Below, piece by piece: positions 1 to 9,757 of a stretch of 51,179 bases of DNA. The stretch comes from Elusimicrobiota bacterium. GTDB lineage: Bacteria > Elusimicrobiota > Elusimicrobia > Elusimicrobiales > UBA9959. The notes below the pieces were generated by a model. The model saw only the letters and a list, made by a program, of their open reading frames with translations. It was not told where the DNA came from and searched no databases. The stretch covers positions 1 through 51,179 of the forward strand of contig JAINCQ010000038.1 in NCBI GenBank assembly GCA_036574205.1, given 5' to 3'. How positions within the stretch are numbered: the first letter of the stretch is position 1; each line of letters opens with the position of its first letter. Both the position numbers and the translations under genes were made by a program.

Positions 1-299
1 GCGACCCCGCCTCGTTCGCCTGCATTGCCCAGGGCGAACTCCGGCCTTGCGAACAGCACGCGAAACCGTTTAGGTTTCGCTCTAAAGGCTGTTCTCACCC
101 GCGCGACAGCTTAAACGCTTGCGCTTAAAAAAGCACGCCCTCAAGGGGATTCTCCCACAAATAAATTTTGCTCACCGCAAAATTTTTTGCGGGCCGCTCC
201 TCGCAAAACTGAATTGCAAAATGTTTTGCTGCGGACTTTCGAATCCCCGCGCGACAGCTTACCGCTGTCGCTTAGAAAAGCACGCCCTCAAGGGGATTC
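1..299 (-). repeat. tRNA-linked direct repeat (copies at 98-152 and 246-299) with GC-rich hairpin-forming spacers; runs off the window edge
   Basis: cccgcgcgacagctta..cgct..cgctta.aaaagcacgccctcaaggggattc occurs twice about 148 bp apart. Each copy contains the last ~17 nt of tRNA-Glu. The intervening DNA holds nested inverted repeats. Confidence 0.8.
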
Positions 300-356
300 G
301 AACCCCTGATTTCTGCCTTGAAAGGGCAGCGTCCTAGGCCTCTAGACGATGAGGGC
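283..356 (-). tRNA. tRNA-Glu (TTC), CCA not encoded
   Basis: Reverse complement GCCCTCA...TGAGGGC acceptor stem, anticodon arm CTGCC-CTTTCAA-GGCAG, T-loop GGTTCGAATCC. Confidence 0.97.
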
Positions 357-394
357 ATCAGTTTAAAAAACTAATTGACTTTTAGCAATATTTT

Positions 395-423
395 ATTCTA
401 TAAATTATTTTGTATAATGTCAA
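395..423 (-). promoter_or_regulatory. sigma70-type promoter for tRNA-Glu
   Basis: TTGACA (423-418), 17 bp, TAGAAT (400-395) on the minus strand. Confidence 0.7.
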
Positions 424-439
424 ATAGAAGGAAGGAAAT

Positions 440-1117
440 ATGACCGAAAATATAAATAATAATGAAAACAATTGTAAAGAAGAAAATGCGCAAATTTTAG
501 AAGAAATTAATAAAATGAGAAAAAGACAGAAAATTTTGAAAATATTCTCATTCACACTTTCTTTTGTAGTTATAGTATCTTTTGTTGTTTTTTATATAGC
601 ATATTCAAACTATAAAAAACTACAGAGATCAATGGAAGCGGTTTTAGAGAATCCTCAAAGCCAGGAAGAATTTGAAAAAATGGCAGAAACTATGAATCAG
701 ATTATTGAAACTGCAAAAACATCAACCATCTCAAATCAACAATCCTCTCTGGCAATGATAAGAGTTTCAACAGATATAGCAGACAGTATAACTATGGAAG
801 AAAAAAAGAAAAACATAGAAGAGGTTATGGAAGATTATATGAACGATAAAAATGTTATGGAATTTATGGAAAGTTTAAAAAATGATCCAGATTTAAAGGA
901 TATTTTTAATTCAAACGATAAAAATAAACCTTTAAAATTGTTTAAAAAAATGCAGGATCCAAAGTTTATGCAAAAAATGACTACAAAACTTATGTCAAAT
1001 CCTCAACTTTTTCAATCTATTATAAAAATGTCCACAGATCCAAGAATACAGAAAACGATGAAAAATATCCCTGATGAGATAAAAAAAATACAGATATCAA
1101 CCCCGATATCCCAATAA
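440..1117 (+). CDS. Single-TM membrane protein with Met-rich STI1/DP-like helical C-terminal region
   Basis: Hydrophobic segment at aa ~35-56; repeated DP/NP motifs (NDPDL, QDPKF, SNPQL, TDPRI); SD-like gaaggaagga. Confidence 0.6.
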   Translation: MTENINNNENNCKEENAQILEEINKMRKRQKILKIFSFTLSFVVIVSFVVFYIAYSNYKKLQRSMEAVLENPQSQEEFEKMAETMNQIIETAKTSTISNQQSSLAMIRVSTDIADSITMEEKKKNIEEVMEDYMNDKNVMEFMESLKNDPDLKDIFNSNDKNKPLKLFKKMQDPKFMQKMTTKLMSNPQLFQSIIKMSTDPRIQKTMKNIPDEIKKIQISTPISQ

Positions 1118-1121
1118 TCCA

Positions 1122-3389
1122 CTACTCTTTTTCAGACATAATCAGGTGATAATAAATTTGTCCTAAAGATATTCCGCCATCGTTGGATGGGACTAAAGAA
1201 TTGATATAAAGATTTAAGCCGCTTTTAAGCATCCTGGTTTGTAGTTTATTCACAAGAAATCTGTTCTGAAAAACTCCCCCACTTAGGCAAATATCTTTTA
1301 TGTTATGTTCTCTTGAAATAATAAGAGATAAATTGCAAATCAAATCTACAACCCCAATATGAAATTTTGCCGATATTGTTTTATTATTACCAGTTTTAAA
1401 ATCTTTTATAATTTCATCTATAACTGAATCAAGTAAAATCTTATATCCATTTTTTTCATTAACAATATCAAATCTATATCCTCTTTCAGTATACTCATAT
1501 GCGAGTTTCTCTATCTTCATAGGTCCTTCAGCTTCAAAAGAAGCAAAAACATCTCCAGTAGCAATTACAGATATCGCATCAAATATCCTTCCTGCGCTTG
1601 AAGAAAGTGGAGAATTAATATTTTTATCAATCATTTTAAAAACTATATCTATCTGTGATTTATCAATTTTCTCTTTCAAAAACTCATTAACAAAATCTTG
1701 TTTTTTGTAAAACAAAGAAGCCATAGTTCTCCATATCTGTTTTGTTACTAAATCCCCACCAGGAAGCTTAAAGTAATCAAAATGAGCCACTCTACTAACC
1801 TTTTTGTTTTTTACTATAAAAAACTCTCCACCCCATATATTTCCATCAAGCCCATAACCAGTTCCATCAAAAGCAACACCAATGACATTATCAGTGAGAT
1901 TATTTTCTGCCATAACGCTAAATATATGCGCTATATGATGTTGAAGATAAAAAGTTTTCTTTATACCAAAACTTTCAGTAATTTGTTTTGAGTAATAATC
2001 TGGATGCATATCGCATAGGGCTATTTCAGGTTTAAATTTAAAAAGATTTTTCATGTTATTATATGTTCTTATATAAAAACTTCTATTCTCATCTATCTCT
2101 AAATCCCCTATATACTGCGACATTATAACCTCTTTTGGCCTGTAAAAAGCAAAACTATTTTTAATATCAGCTCCAGCTGCAAATATTGTATTATTATATT
2201 CTGTTTTTAGCTTAATTGGCTCAGGAACAAAACCCCTTGCTCTTCTTATCAATCTTATTTTATTAAAATCATCAACAAAACAAACGCTGTCGTCTATTCT
2301 ATTGTGTATATCGCGGTTATGATATAAAATAGATAAACCACCAAACATTTTTTTTGCTTTTTCATTATCTTTTATAAGAGGCTCATCTTTTAGATTTCCA
2401 GATGTCATTACAAGCGGATTTAAAAATCCTTTCTCTTTCAGTTTCCTGAATATTATTTTATGAAGCGGAGTATATGCTATCATAACTCCAACACTATCAA
2501 TTTGCGGAGCAACAAATTCAAAGTCTTTAGTTTTTTTACGGAGCATAACTATTGGAGCTTTTGAAGAAACTAAAAGTTCTTTTTCTACTTGAGTCATATA
2601 TACCATTTTTAATATATCATCAACCTCATCAACCATAATAGCAAAAGGTTTAAAATCCCTTTTTTTTATATTTCGTAAAAGTCTCACAGCATTTTCATTA
2701 AAAGCATCACAGGCAATATGAAATCCTCCAAGCCCTTTTATTAAAACTATTTCTTTTAAAATTATCTTATCAACTATAAAATCAATAGCTTCATCGCCAT
2801 ATATTTTCTTACCATTATTTAGTGTCCAGACTTCCGGTCCGCATCTGGCACAAGCATTTGGCTGCGCATGAAAACGTCTGTCCAGAGGATTTTCATATTC
2901 ATTCTTACATTTTGAACACATTTTAAAACAGCTCATTGTGGTATACTTTCTGTCATATGGAATTTTCTTTATTATGCTAAATCTTGGTCCGCAGTTGGTG
3001 CAATTGGTAAAAGGATAAAGATATCTTCTATTTTCAGGATCTAATATATCTTTTATACAATCTGAACATATAGCTAAATCAGAAGGGATTAAAGTAGTAG
3101 TGGTACTGCCAGAAACACTTTTCCGTATCTTGAAACTGGAAAATTTTTTAGATTCAACTTCTAAGACCTCTATTGATTCTATTTTAGATTGAGGTGGTTT
3201 TTTATTTTTTATATCATCTATAAATTCTTTGAGTTTCTCATCACTGGCATTTATCTCTATCACAACCCCATCAGGAGTATTTGAGATATAGCCATTTATT
3301 TTATTTTTTTTCGCCAGACTATATATAAATGGTCTAAATCCAACCCCCTGAACTATGCCATTTATTAATATCTTTCTGGTCTTAATCAT
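1122..3389 (-). CDS. hypF: Carbamoyltransferase HypF ([NiFe]-hydrogenase maturation)
   Basis: Acylphosphatase N-terminus GIVQGVGFRPF, two CxxC-x18-CxxC zinc fingers, QHHIAH, DGTGYG, NDGGISLGQ. Confidence 0.97.
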   Translation of the reverse strand: MIKTRKILINGIVQGVGFRPFIYSLAKKNKINGYISNTPDGVVIEINASDEKLKEFIDDIKNKKPPQSKIESIEVLEVESKKFSSFKIRKSVSGSTTTTLIPSDLAICSDCIKDILDPENRRYLYPFTNCTNCGPRFSIIKKIPYDRKYTTMSCFKMCSKCKNEYENPLDRRFHAQPNACARCGPEVWTLNNGKKIYGDEAIDFIVDKIILKEIVLIKGLGGFHIACDAFNENAVRLLRNIKKRDFKPFAIMVDEVDDILKMVYMTQVEKELLVSSKAPIVMLRKKTKDFEFVAPQIDSVGVMIAYTPLHKIIFRKLKEKGFLNPLVMTSGNLKDEPLIKDNEKAKKMFGGLSILYHNRDIHNRIDDSVCFVDDFNKIRLIRRARGFVPEPIKLKTEYNNTIFAAGADIKNSFAFYRPKEVIMSQYIGDLEIDENRSFYIRTYNNMKNLFKFKPEIALCDMHPDYYSKQITESFGIKKTFYLQHHIAHIFSVMAENNLTDNVIGVAFDGTGYGLDGNIWGGEFFIVKNKKVSRVAHFDYFKLPGGDLVTKQIWRTMASLFYKKQDFVNEFLKEKIDKSQIDIVFKMIDKNINSPLSSSAGRIFDAISVIATGDVFASFEAEGPMKIEKLAYEYTERGYRFDIVNEKNGYKILLDSVIDEIIKDFKTGNNKTISAKFHIGVVDLICNLSLIISREHNIKDICLSGGVFQNRFLVNKLQTRMLKSGLNLYINSLVPSNDGGISLGQIYYHLIMSEKE

Positions 3390-4185
3390 TTATTTCAGAA
3401 TTGTATTTATACTCACTACCTAAAAGGCTATGAGGAATCAGATAGGTCAAAATAGTTAAAATAAATGCTATATTTATAGCTGTTTTTACTGATTTCCCTT
3501 TAACAAAACAATACAACGTATAACTCCAGGCAAAAATAACAAGTAGCATTTTATTATCTGTAAGATCATATCCAAGAGGAAACCCGGACCAGAAAGCATC
3601 AAAAGCATAAAACTGAACTATAGGACCAAGTATAAATCCTCCAATAATAAGAAAAGCAAAGTTTAAATAAAAAACCTTTGAATTCATATTTTTTTCAAAA
3701 TTATTTTCTAAAAAAATATAAACTGAAAAAATCATAAATAAAAACATAAAGATTATATGCAAAACTAAGATAATAGGTGGAACATTACCCTTAAACCTCA
3801 ACATTATATTATCATTGTTAACTTTTTCATAATTGCCATTTTTAAATATAAAAACATTATAATCTATTTTTCCAGCTTTTGGGAAATTATCGTCTATCAA
3901 AGCATAAGAAACTTTATTATCGCTTATAAAAAAAGCTATTTTTTGTGGTTCATCCACTTTATATCTTTTATAAAGAACATATCCTTTTATTCCCTCGCCA
4001 AAAAAGACTGGTTTGCATTCATTTTTTAATATAGTACAGCTTCTTGGAAATTTATATTTTACTTTTTTACCAGAAATATCAATACTACCACTTACAGGAT
4101 ATGTTGGACCTGTGATCCTTTGAAAAACAGCCATTATTAAGGATAATGAAATACTTATTATCCAGAAACTTTTTTTCATCAACAT
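3382..4185 (-). CDS. Conserved hypothetical multi-pass membrane protein inside the hyp operon
   Basis: N-terminal TM, soluble domain, four C-terminal TM helices; overlaps both hypE and hypF. Confidence 0.75.
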   Translation of the reverse strand: MLMKKSFWIISISLSLIMAVFQRITGPTYPVSGSIDISGKKVKYKFPRSCTILKNECKPVFFGEGIKGYVLYKRYKVDEPQKIAFFISDNKVSYALIDDNFPKAGKIDYNVFIFKNGNYEKVNNDNIMLRFKGNVPPIILVLHIIFMFLFMIFSVYIFLENNFEKNMNSKVFYLNFAFLIIGGFILGPIVQFYAFDAFWSGFPLGYDLTDNKMLLVIFAWSYTLYCFVKGKSVKTAINIAFILTILTYLIPHSLLGSEYKYNSEIND

Positions 4186-5180
4186 ATCCTTGGTAATTGT
4201 TCTCCACTTAACATTGGAGCAACACGAGTTGAACCAATAATAGTTTTAACCTTAACATTTTTTTCTTTGATAAATCTTCCTATAATAGCTGATTTTCTTC
4301 CATATTCATGTTTTTTTAATTTGGTTATTATTCTATCTGCTGATTTTTCACAAGCAATAATTACTATCTTGCCCTCATTTGCAACATATAATGGATCTAT
4401 TCCAAGCGCTTGAGATGCAGATAAAACAGAAGAATTTACAGGAACTTTACTTTCTTCTATTTCTGCTCCAAAACCGCATGAACGGGATATTTCATTTAAA
4501 GCCGTTATAAGTCCACCCCTTGTTAAATCTTTTATACAACGCACACCGTCTATATCCCTTATAAGATCTATCAAGGAATTTAACGGAGCCACATCACTTT
4601 TTATATCACCCTTAAATCCAAGATTATTTCTTTCATTTAAAACAGAGATCCCATGAGATGCAACTTCCCCATTTATTATGATAACATCCCCAATTTTCAC
4701 ATTTTTATACGAAAAATTAATTTTTTTGTCAAAAAAACCTATTCCGCTTGTATTTATGAAAATTTTATCAACCTTTCCTTTCTCAACCACCTTGGTATCT
4801 CCAGTCACAACATTAACCTTAGCTTCAATAGCAGTTTTTTTAATGGAACTCATTATTTTTTCAAGGCTACTAAAATCAAAACCTTCCTCTATTATTAAAC
4901 CCAGGGATATTGCAATAGGTTTTGCCCCTGATACTGCTATATCATTGACTGTTCCTGAGATACAAAGACGACCTATATCTCCACCTGGAAAGAATATCGG
5001 ATCTACCACATAAGAGTCTGTTGTAAATGCTATTTTTGATGATCCAAATTTAATAATTGAAGAATCCTCAAGATTTGAAATATAATCATTCTTTAAATAC
5101 TTTAAAAAGAAATTTTCAATCAAATCATTTGTCATTTGTCCACCACTTCCATGTCCAAGTGCAATAAATTTTCTATTCAT
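4179..5180 (-). CDS. hypE: Hydrogenase maturation protein HypE
   Basis: HGSGG, TTDSYVVDPIFFPGGDIG, GDTKVV, D.TRGG, C-terminal PRIC. Confidence 0.97.
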   Translation of the reverse strand: MNRKFIALGHGSGGQMTNDLIENFFLKYLKNDYISNLEDSSIIKFGSSKIAFTTDSYVVDPIFFPGGDIGRLCISGTVNDIAVSGAKPIAISLGLIIEEGFDFSSLEKIMSSIKKTAIEAKVNVVTGDTKVVEKGKVDKIFINTSGIGFFDKKINFSYKNVKIGDVIIINGEVASHGISVLNERNNLGFKGDIKSDVAPLNSLIDLIRDIDGVRCIKDLTRGGLITALNEISRSCGFGAEIEESKVPVNSSVLSASQALGIDPLYVANEGKIVIIACEKSADRIITKLKKHEYGRKSAIIGRFIKEKNVKVKTIIGSTRVAPMLSGEQLPRIC

Positions 5181-5189
5181 AAACTTCCT

Positions 5190-6089
5190 TTATAATTTTT
5201 TGTTTTTCTTGGCATTAAGTAAAAAATTCATAAAAAGAGCGCAATCATGTGGCATTTTCCTTCTTTTATTATATATCATATACACAGGGCGGTATATAGG
5301 TTGTTCAAACCTATATATCTTTATTCTTCCTTTCCCTATCTCATCCATGACACTTGAATAAGGGAGTATGGAAAAGCCAGCATTTGACATAACAGCAGCT
5401 TTTATAGTTTCAACATTATTCATCTCCATTGTGACATGAAAATTAACTCCCTTTTCTCTCATAATGCTTTCTATCAACTTCCTTGATGGCATATTTCTTT
5501 CAAAAAAAACAAGCTTTACATTTGATATATCTGAAAGTTTTATCTTTTCTTTCTCAAATTCATTGAAAGAAGATGGAGAGACAAATACCATCTCTTCATC
5601 AGCCACATGAAAGAATGTTAGATTTATATCTTTTATCTTTTTACACGCAACAAAGCCAAAATCAGAGTGTCCATTGATAATCTTGTCTATTACTTCCTCC
5701 CATTCATAATAATCAAGAGAAATTTTTGATGTCGGGTATTTTGATAGAAAATCTCTTATATAGTTATCAAGTATATATATTCCAACGCTGTAAATAGACG
5801 ATATTCTTATTCCTCCTGAAAACGATCCTTCAAAAGAAACATTTATTTTTGCTATGGTTTCATCATATATCTCAACAATCTTTTTCGCCCCGTTATAAAG
5901 ATCTTTTCCAACCCTTGTAAGTTCAAAACCATCTTCTTTTTTCAAAAAAAGTCTGGTTTTAAAAATCATTTCAAGTTTTTTAATCTGTTGACTTACCGCA
6001 GATTGCGATATATAATTTAACTCGGCAGTTTTAGTAAAACTCTGAGTATCTATAAGATCTTTAAAGACTTTAAGAGTTTCTATATTCAT
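5190..6089 (-). CDS. LysR-family transcriptional regulator
   Basis: HTH SFTKTAELNYISQSAVSQQIKKLE followed by a substrate-binding domain; 299 aa. Confidence 0.93.
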   Translation of the reverse strand: MNIETLKVFKDLIDTQSFTKTAELNYISQSAVSQQIKKLEMIFKTRLFLKKEDGFELTRVGKDLYNGAKKIVEIYDETIAKINVSFEGSFSGGIRISSIYSVGIYILDNYIRDFLSKYPTSKISLDYYEWEEVIDKIINGHSDFGFVACKKIKDINLTFFHVADEEMVFVSPSSFNEFEKEKIKLSDISNVKLVFFERNMPSRKLIESIMREKGVNFHVTMEMNNVETIKAAVMSNAGFSILPYSSVMDEIGKGRIKIYRFEQPIYRPVYMIYNKRRKMPHDCALFMNFLLNAKKNKKL

Positions 6090-7216
6090 TTTTCAACTCC
6101 ATATTTATACCACGCTGCACATGCCCCTTCGCTGGATACCATACACGGGCCAACAGCATTATCAGGGACGCATTTTTTCCCAAACAGGGGACAGTCAATC
6201 GGCTTTGCCCTTCCAAGAAGCACACTTCCACATAAACAACCTTTTGGCTCAGGTTTTTCAATATATTTTATTCCATATTTTCTATATGCATCAAATCTTT
6301 CATATTTTTTTGAAAAAGAGTAACCAGATTTTTTTATAGGGCCAACTGCTCTCCAATGAGCATCGCTTATAGAAAACACATCATTCATAATGGAAACTGC
6401 GGTTTTATTGCCATCTTCGTTAACCGCTCTTAAATATTCAATATCTACTTTACTATCTCCCTCTAAAATTTTTTTCAATAATATATCTATACTTCTAAGA
6501 ATATCAAGAGGTTCAAATCCTGAGATTACAGATGGAAATCTATATTCATCCTCAAGAAAATTATAAGCATTTTTCCCTATTATCACGCTCACATGCCCTG
6601 GAAGAATAAATCCATCTATCTTTGCTATCTTTGTATCAAGTAGAAATCTTAATGCGGGTGGAACAAGCTTAAAAAGAGGAGTAACATAAAAATTTCTTAT
6701 ATTTCTTTCATATGCTATTTTTATGACTGCCGCTATTGTTGGAGCCGTTGTCTCAAATCCGACACCAACAAAAATGATATCTTTGTTTTTATTTTCATCT
6801 GCTATTTTGAGGCAATCCATAGGAGAATATACAACTCTTACATCCCCACCACGTATCCTTATTTCATTAAGATCATATCCACCAGACCCTTTTACCTTCA
6901 TCATATCACCAAAAGTAGTTATAATAACACCCTTAAATTTAGAAAACTCTATTATACTGTCTATATCACCCTGAGATGTTACACATACCGGACAACCTGG
7001 ACCCGACACTAAATCAAGATAATCACAAACCATCCTTCTTATTCCACTTCTGGCTATTGCCATTGTATGAGTGCCACAAACTTCCATAAAGGCAGGCAAT
7101 CTACCAAGTTTTTTATAAACTTTCTTACTATGCTCTTTTATACTACTTAAAATTTCCCTGGCTAATATTGGGTCGGACCATAAAATTGAGTTGAAATAAT
7201 CCTTAGCTTTTGTCAT
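6086..7216 (-). CDS. hypD: Hydrogenase maturation protein HypD (start probably MTKAK at 7216; ORF track extends to 7237)
   Basis: MEVCGTHT, GPGCPVC, GFETT, PGHVS, C-terminal Cys cluster and CMVSSEGACAA. Confidence 0.97.
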   Translation of the reverse strand: MTKAKDYFNSILWSDPILAREILSSIKEHSKKVYKKLGRLPAFMEVCGTHTMAIARSGIRRMVCDYLDLVSGPGCPVCVTSQGDIDSIIEFSKFKGVIITTFGDMMKVKGSGGYDLNEIRIRGGDVRVVYSPMDCLKIADENKNKDIIFVGVGFETTAPTIAAVIKIAYERNIRNFYVTPLFKLVPPALRFLLDTKIAKIDGFILPGHVSVIIGKNAYNFLEDEYRFPSVISGFEPLDILRSIDILLKKILEGDSKVDIEYLRAVNEDGNKTAVSIMNDVFSISDAHWRAVGPIKKSGYSFSKKYERFDAYRKYGIKYIEKPEPKGCLCGSVLLGRAKPIDCPLFGKKCVPDNAVGPCMVSSEGACAAWYKYGVEK

Positions 7217-7421
7217 AAATTTCTTTGAATATTTCAATAGTCTTTTTAGCCTCTTCCTTGCTTAATAATTGAATAGCAAAACCTGCATGAACAAGGACAT
7301 AATCGCCCTCTTTAGCTTCAGGCACAAGCATTATTGATATATCTCTTGTAGTATTATTAAAATCAACTACAGCTGTTTTTCCATTTACCTTAATTATCTT
7401 TGCAGGAACTGAAAGGCACAT
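7203..7421 (-). CDS. hypC: HypC/HybG hydrogenase chaperone
   Basis: MCLSVP N-terminus, GDYVLVHAGFAI; SD aggag. Confidence 0.96.
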   Translation of the reverse strand: MCLSVPAKIIKVNGKTAVVDFNNTTRDISIMLVPEAKEGDYVLVHAGFAIQLLSKEEAKKTIEIFKEIYDKS

Positions 7422-7439
7422 ATTCTCTCCTATAATTAA

Positions 7440-7468
7440 ATGATATTAAAAGATAGTAACAATGTCAA
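7440..7468 (-). promoter_or_regulatory. sigma70-type promoter of the hyp operon
   Basis: TTGACA (7468-7463), 17 bp, TATCAT (7445-7440). Confidence 0.6.
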
Positions 7469-7525
7469 TATTTTGGCATTGCTATACCAAATAAAAAAAT
7501 TTCATAAAAGTAATATAATTAAATT

Positions 7526-8233
7526 ATGGACAAAAGAAATTTAAAATTTTTAGTACTGAACATTATTTTCGCCTTAAGTCTACATGCTAATATGGAAATA
7601 AATACCCCAGATGGTTGTAGACTTGAGTTTATTCAAAAAATAAATTCAAAATCAGCGCCAATACTTATAGAGATACATGGGCTTGGTTCTACTAAAGAAG
7701 AGTGGAGAAAATTTAACTTATATCTTGATAAAGAAAAAATAAATTATATTGCAATTGACTTAAGAGGACATGGTAAAAGCATAAACTGTAATAATAAAGA
7801 AATAAAATATCCAAATTTGAGTAAGAAGGATATAAAAAATTTTATAATTGACATAGACACAGTTTATAAAAAGGCAAAAGAAAATTTTAATGATAAACAA
7901 ATAATACCAATAGGCGCAAGCATAGGAGCTAACTTAATAACAAAATATTTTTATAAGAAAGCAAAAAAAATGATTCTTCTTTCCCCAGGTTTAAATTACG
8001 GAGGATATGAAATCGCAGAATATATTAAAAAAGCAAATTCTAAAATATTATTTTCAACATCTCTAACAGATATCTACTCATACGACAGTGTTAGAATTTT
8101 CATACAGATATCTCAATCAACCGGGAAAAAATGGGATTTGATATTAGCTCAAAAAGGACATGGCGTTCAGATATTTGATCAGCCTGATGGAGAAGATTAT
8201 ATTAAAAGAATAATAGAATGGTTAAAAAAATGA
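7526..8233 (+). CDS. Exported alpha/beta-hydrolase
   Basis: Signal peptide, HGLG, DLRGHG, nucleophile elbow GASIG, C-terminal GHG. Confidence 0.88.
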   Translation: MDKRNLKFLVLNIIFALSLHANMEINTPDGCRLEFIQKINSKSAPILIEIHGLGSTKEEWRKFNLYLDKEKINYIAIDLRGHGKSINCNNKEIKYPNLSKKDIKNFIIDIDTVYKKAKENFNDKQIIPIGASIGANLITKYFYKKAKKMILLSPGLNYGGYEIAEYIKKANSKILFSTSLTDIYSYDSVRIFIQISQSTGKKWDLILAQKGHGVQIFDQPDGEDYIKRIIEWLKK

Positions 8234-8235
8234 TA

Positions 8236-8646
8236 TTATTTACGTGAGTTATACCACTTACAAATTCTTTTCCAGCTACAAAGAAAACATACACCATTTA
8301 ATGATTTTTTTGTTTTAAACACATCAAAAACTTTTTCTCGCAACCTGCCATATAGATAAACCTTATTATTTTCAATATTTAAACTTTCAATAACAAATCT
8401 ATCCATCTTTTTAACCTGTTTTTCCCCCCCATAAGGACTTACGCAAATATTTTCTTCTTTGTTTGGACATTTTTTGCATATATAATCGCAACTATCTAAA
8501 ATCATAACCTTTGATTTTTCATTTAATATATCAACTATGTGCCACATATTTTCAACAAATTCTCTATTATAACCTTTTCCCTCAAATCCCTCTATACATA
8601 ATAAATGATGAGCTCTTAATCTAACAATATCATTTTTATTTAACAT
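8236..8646 (-). CDS. DUF1284-family Cys/His-rich protein (putative Fe-S or metal binding)
   Basis: LRAHHLLC...GKGY...DYICKKCP...CFLCSWKRIC. Confidence 0.85.
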   Translation of the reverse strand: MLNKNDIVRLRAHHLLCIEGFEGKGYNREFVENMWHIVDILNEKSKVMILDSCDYICKKCPNKEENICVSPYGGEKQVKKMDRFVIESLNIENNKVYLYGRLREKVFDVFKTKKSLNGVCFLCSWKRICKWYNSRK

Positions 8647-8732
8647 AAAATATCATTTTTAAAGTTAAGCATTAAGGAATATAATAAAAAATTCCCCTTT
8701 ATGTCATGCTATAATTAAAACCAACTATCTAT

Positions 8733-8809
8733 TGGTCGGGGCGGTCGGATTTGAACCGACGACCTCTCGGTCCCGAACCGAGCGCTCTAGCCAGCTGAGC
8801 CACGCCCCG
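8733..8809 (-). tRNA. tRNA-Pro (CGG), CCA encoded
   Basis: CGGGGCG...CGCCCCGACCA; anticodon loop TTCGGGA. Confidence 0.97.
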
Positions 8810-8854
8810 AAATAGAGGCAAAAGAGTTTAAATCTATAATATAAAATTAAATTA

Positions 8855-8929
8855 TCGGGGTGGGCGGATTCGAACCGCCGATCTCTCGCACCCCAAGCGA
8901 GCGCTCTAGACCATCTGAGCCACACCCCG
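8855..8929 (-). tRNA. tRNA-Pro (GGG), CCA not encoded
   Basis: CGGGGTG...CACCCCGA; anticodon loop TTGGGGT. Confidence 0.97.
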
Positions 8930-9007
8930 ATATAAAAAAGATAAAATTAAATTATAAAAACCGATAATAATATCTTACAATTTTTAAGAGAACAATCTTT
9001 TACAATT

Positions 9008-9712
9008 TTAGTCCTGTTTGTCCTTTGGCCTGTCTGATATGATGGAGTTCATAAAATCTCTGGCTATCTCCTTGGCGCCAAGACCAAAAGAAATACCAAC
9101 AGCTATTGCAAACCCCAGTCCAAGCGAAGCAAATAATATGTTTATACTTGATCTCAAAAGCTTCATATCAAGACCAAGTTGCTCTATAACAAGAACGCTG
9201 GTAAATATCAAAACAACTATAGAGATTATCTTTGAAAAAAGCTTTCCAGCCCTGAGGTTATTTGCAATCGAAGCGTTATAAATTATCTCTTCTATAGTCC
9301 TTGAAAGTATTATTCCGGCAAAACCAATTATTATCGCTGCTATTATCTTTGGAATAAATTTTATAAGAAAAGTTTCAAGTATCTGAGAAATAAAATTTAA
9401 TTTTAACGCACCAGTAGCTGAAACTATGAATATAAGCATTATAATCCAGTATATAAGTATTGCAAGTATTCTTGTGGGAGATTTTCCAAATCCTATTCTT
9501 GCAAGTATTTCATTAAGTCCTATTTTGCTGGTAAAACTATCGAGTTTTATCCTTTTCATCAAATGCTCAAAAACGGAACTTAAAACCCTTGCCACAAAAA
9601 AACCTATAAGTATAAAAACAGTAGCAGCTACTATATTGGGAAAATAATCAACTATAACCTGCCATAATTTAAAGGTAGGATCAATAAGAAGACCCGACAA
9701 CTCATGTAGCAT
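9008..9712 (-). CDS. CmpX-like / mechanosensitive-channel TM-helix repeat membrane protein
   Basis: Two repeats (YFPNIVAA.., FIPKIIAA..) and C-terminal AVGISFGLGAKE; SD aaggagg. Confidence 0.8.
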   Translation of the reverse strand: MLHELSGLLIDPTFKLWQVIVDYFPNIVAATVFILIGFFVARVLSSVFEHLMKRIKLDSFTSKIGLNEILARIGFGKSPTRILAILIYWIIMLIFIVSATGALKLNFISQILETFLIKFIPKIIAAIIIGFAGIILSRTIEEIIYNASIANNLRAGKLFSKIISIVVLIFTSVLVIEQLGLDMKLLRSSINILFASLGLGFAIAVGISFGLGAKEIARDFMNSIISDRPKDKQD

Positions 9713-9757
9713 AAAACCTCCTTTTATATTATTTTACAAAATAATATAATTTAAAGG

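Noticed and set aside
1..299. CRISPR array
   Set aside because: Only two visible units, a ~55-bp tRNA-derived repeat, ~93-bp structured spacers and no cas genes.
119..337. 72-aa plus-strand ORF
   Set aside because: Lies antisense across tRNA-Glu and its repeat; the duplicated peptide (KHALKGI) just mirrors the DNA repeat.
8725..8925. 66-aa minus-strand ORF
   Set aside because: It is a translation of the two tRNA-Pro genes.
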